A stretch of 64,000 nucleotides of DNA, from assembly GCA_963737655.1 (NCBI GenBank), contig CAVTTN010000002.1:3136001-3200000 (forward strand), in the 5' to 3' direction. The notes under the pieces are model-generated. The model was not told where the DNA came from. It ran no database searches and saw nothing but the letters and a program-made list of their open reading frames with translations. The translations under genes and the position numbers were made by a program. The first letter of the stretch is position 1, and every line of letters begins with the position of its first letter. Below are positions 62,621-64,000 of the stretch, piece by piece. The DNA comes from an uncultured Planctomycetota bacterium (GTDB taxonomy: Bacteria; Planctomycetota; Planctomycetia; Isosphaerales; Isosphaeraceae).

Positions 62621-63726
62621 GCGGCCACCCCCTCGGCCTGGTTCCACAGCGATTCATAAATCGAAAGCATCTTCGCGCCCGCCACGGTCAGGTCGAATTC
62701 GGCCTCGACGACTCCCCTCGCCCGCCGGCCCATCGCCTCGACGAGCCTCGCGTCGGTGGCGAGCCGGACGAGCCTATCCGTCAGTTGCGGGAGGTCGTCA
62801 TAGACGAATCCGGTCTCCCCGTCGCGGATGAATTCCGGCATGGCGCCAACCCGGGAGGCGATCGCCGGGGTTCCGCAGGCCATGGCCTCGAGGAGGGTGA
62901 AGCCCATCAGCTCGGGGGCCTCGTGCGAGTGGCCGTCGCAGTCGAGATAGACCGAGCCCAGGACGTTCGCCCAGGCGTTCGCATAGAGCGAGCGGATCGT
63001 GTCGTCGTCGGCATCCGTGACGAACTCCACGCGCTTGCCTTCGGCCATCCTCCGCAATCGGAGGAAGAAATCCGGGTGGTAGGGGCGTCCGCAGACGGTC
63101 AGGGGCAGGTCGGGTGGGAGGGCGGCGATCAGCCGGTCGATCCCCTTGTGGGGCAACAGCCGGCCGACGAACAGGATGCGATCGCGGGCCGGGCGGGGGC
63201 TCGGAGGGCGGAAATGGGTGGCGTCCACGCCCCCCTTGACGACCTCGATCGGCCGACTCGTCCGGTAGAGCGAGGCGCCGAAGTCGGAGTAGGCGACGAT
63301 GCGGTCGGCCAGCTCCAGGTGGCCGATCTCCTTGCCCAGGGGGCTGGTGGCGCCTCCGTGGTCGGTCATGCAGACGGGCTTCCTCTGCTGCTTCGCGACG
63401 AGGAGGCCGACCTCGGAGCATCGGGTATACGCTTGATGGATGTGGACGAGATCATACTCGGAGATGACCCCGGGGAGGTCCCAGGAGAGGACGTCCAGCG
63501 GGTTCCCGGGCCGGCTCGCGGCGGCCATCACGCGGAGGGCCACGCCGCCGGGCAACTCGAGCGATCGCGCCCGGTCGCCGAACGAGAGCAGGTCGACGCG
63601 GCATCGGCCGTCCGAGGCGAGCTGGACCCCTCGCGCCAGGTTCAGCGGGTAGCGCTCGCCGCCGCCGAGGCAGGAGGATTCATCGAAGTAGAGCGGGGTG
63701 AGGTAGGCGACGGCTCGCGAGGGCAT
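62617..63726 (-). CDS. Glycosyltransferase family 4
   Basis: GGGERY, FVGRLLPHKG, ELMGFTLLEAMACGTP. Confidence 0.9.
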   Translation of the reverse strand: MPSRAVAYLTPLYFDESSCLGGGERYPLNLARGVQLASDGRCRVDLLSFGDRARSLELPGGVALRVMAAASRPGNPLDVLSWDLPGVISEYDLVHIHQAYTRCSEVGLLVAKQQRKPVCMTDHGGATSPLGKEIGHLELADRIVAYSDFGASLYRTSRPIEVVKGGVDATHFRPPSPRPARDRILFVGRLLPHKGIDRLIAALPPDLPLTVCGRPYHPDFFLRLRRMAEGKRVEFVTDADDDTIRSLYANAWANVLGSVYLDCDGHSHEAPELMGFTLLEAMACGTPAIASRVGAMPEFIRDGETGFVYDDLPQLTDRLVRLATDARLVEAMGRRARGVVEAEFDLTVAGAKMLSIYESLWNQAEGVAA

Positions 63727-63860
63727 GGGGTCGTGATCCTGTTCCAGCGACGACGACGGCCGGCCGGTCGGGTCCGGCGGCCGGGCGGGCGGGGCGCGAT
63801 CACGAGGGAGCGGTTTCGAAGGGTTCGCCGGGGGCGTTCTAGCAGAACTCGCCGAGGCGG

Positions 63861-64000
63861 TCAACGCGACTTCGGATCGGCGGCCTCCGCCCGGTCCGCG
63901 TCGATCGAGGGGACGGTCGGCACGGGCTGCCCCGCCTGGAGGAAGACCCGGCAGAGCAGGATCAGCTGGTCCCCTTCCTTCATCGCGCCGGCCTCGGCGC
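63861..64000 (-). CDS. 3' end of an unidentified gene running off the window
   Basis: Open frame ...AMKEGDQLILLCRVFLQAGQPVPTVPSIDADRAEAADPKSR* with coding-like bias. Confidence 0.5.
   Translation of the reverse strand, partial: AEAGAMKEGDQLILLCRVFLQAGQPVPTVPSIDADRAEAADPKSR

Overview
High-GC bacterial chromosome segment, probably Planctomycetota (inferred from a TIGR03067-type domain, an RFSLRT-type membrane anchor and the hopanoid genes). It holds about 50 CDS. These include an MBOAT acyltransferase followed by three tandem GDS/DxxH paralogs, a membrane-anchored sigma-54 activator divergent from an alpha/beta hydrolase, two DAHP synthases, peptidases and amidohydrolases, and a beta-propeller/di-heme cytochrome c. 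Also present are shc-hpnH-hpnG, holA, prpB, dusB, csrA, tpiA-secG-yicC-gmk-rpoZ-ftsK, an OPT transporter with an S46 peptidase, and the end of a glycosyltransferase cluster. About a dozen genes are split by single-base frameshifts, most likely assembly indels. The most interesting region is the gap at 13277-13883, which holds two elements. The first is a multi-hairpin RNA with a 13-nt anti-SD-complementary ribosome site and a 10-codon micro-ORF. The second is a complete leader-peptide attenuator (W-Y-W-L-F codons, antiterminator, terminator) upstream of a DAHP synthase. A sigma-54 promoter with TTTCG-N4-CGAAA palindromes and several REP/REPIN-like repeat families are also visible. No rRNA, tRNA, CRISPR array or transposase was seen. 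All family assignments come from motif recognition by eye, not database searches.
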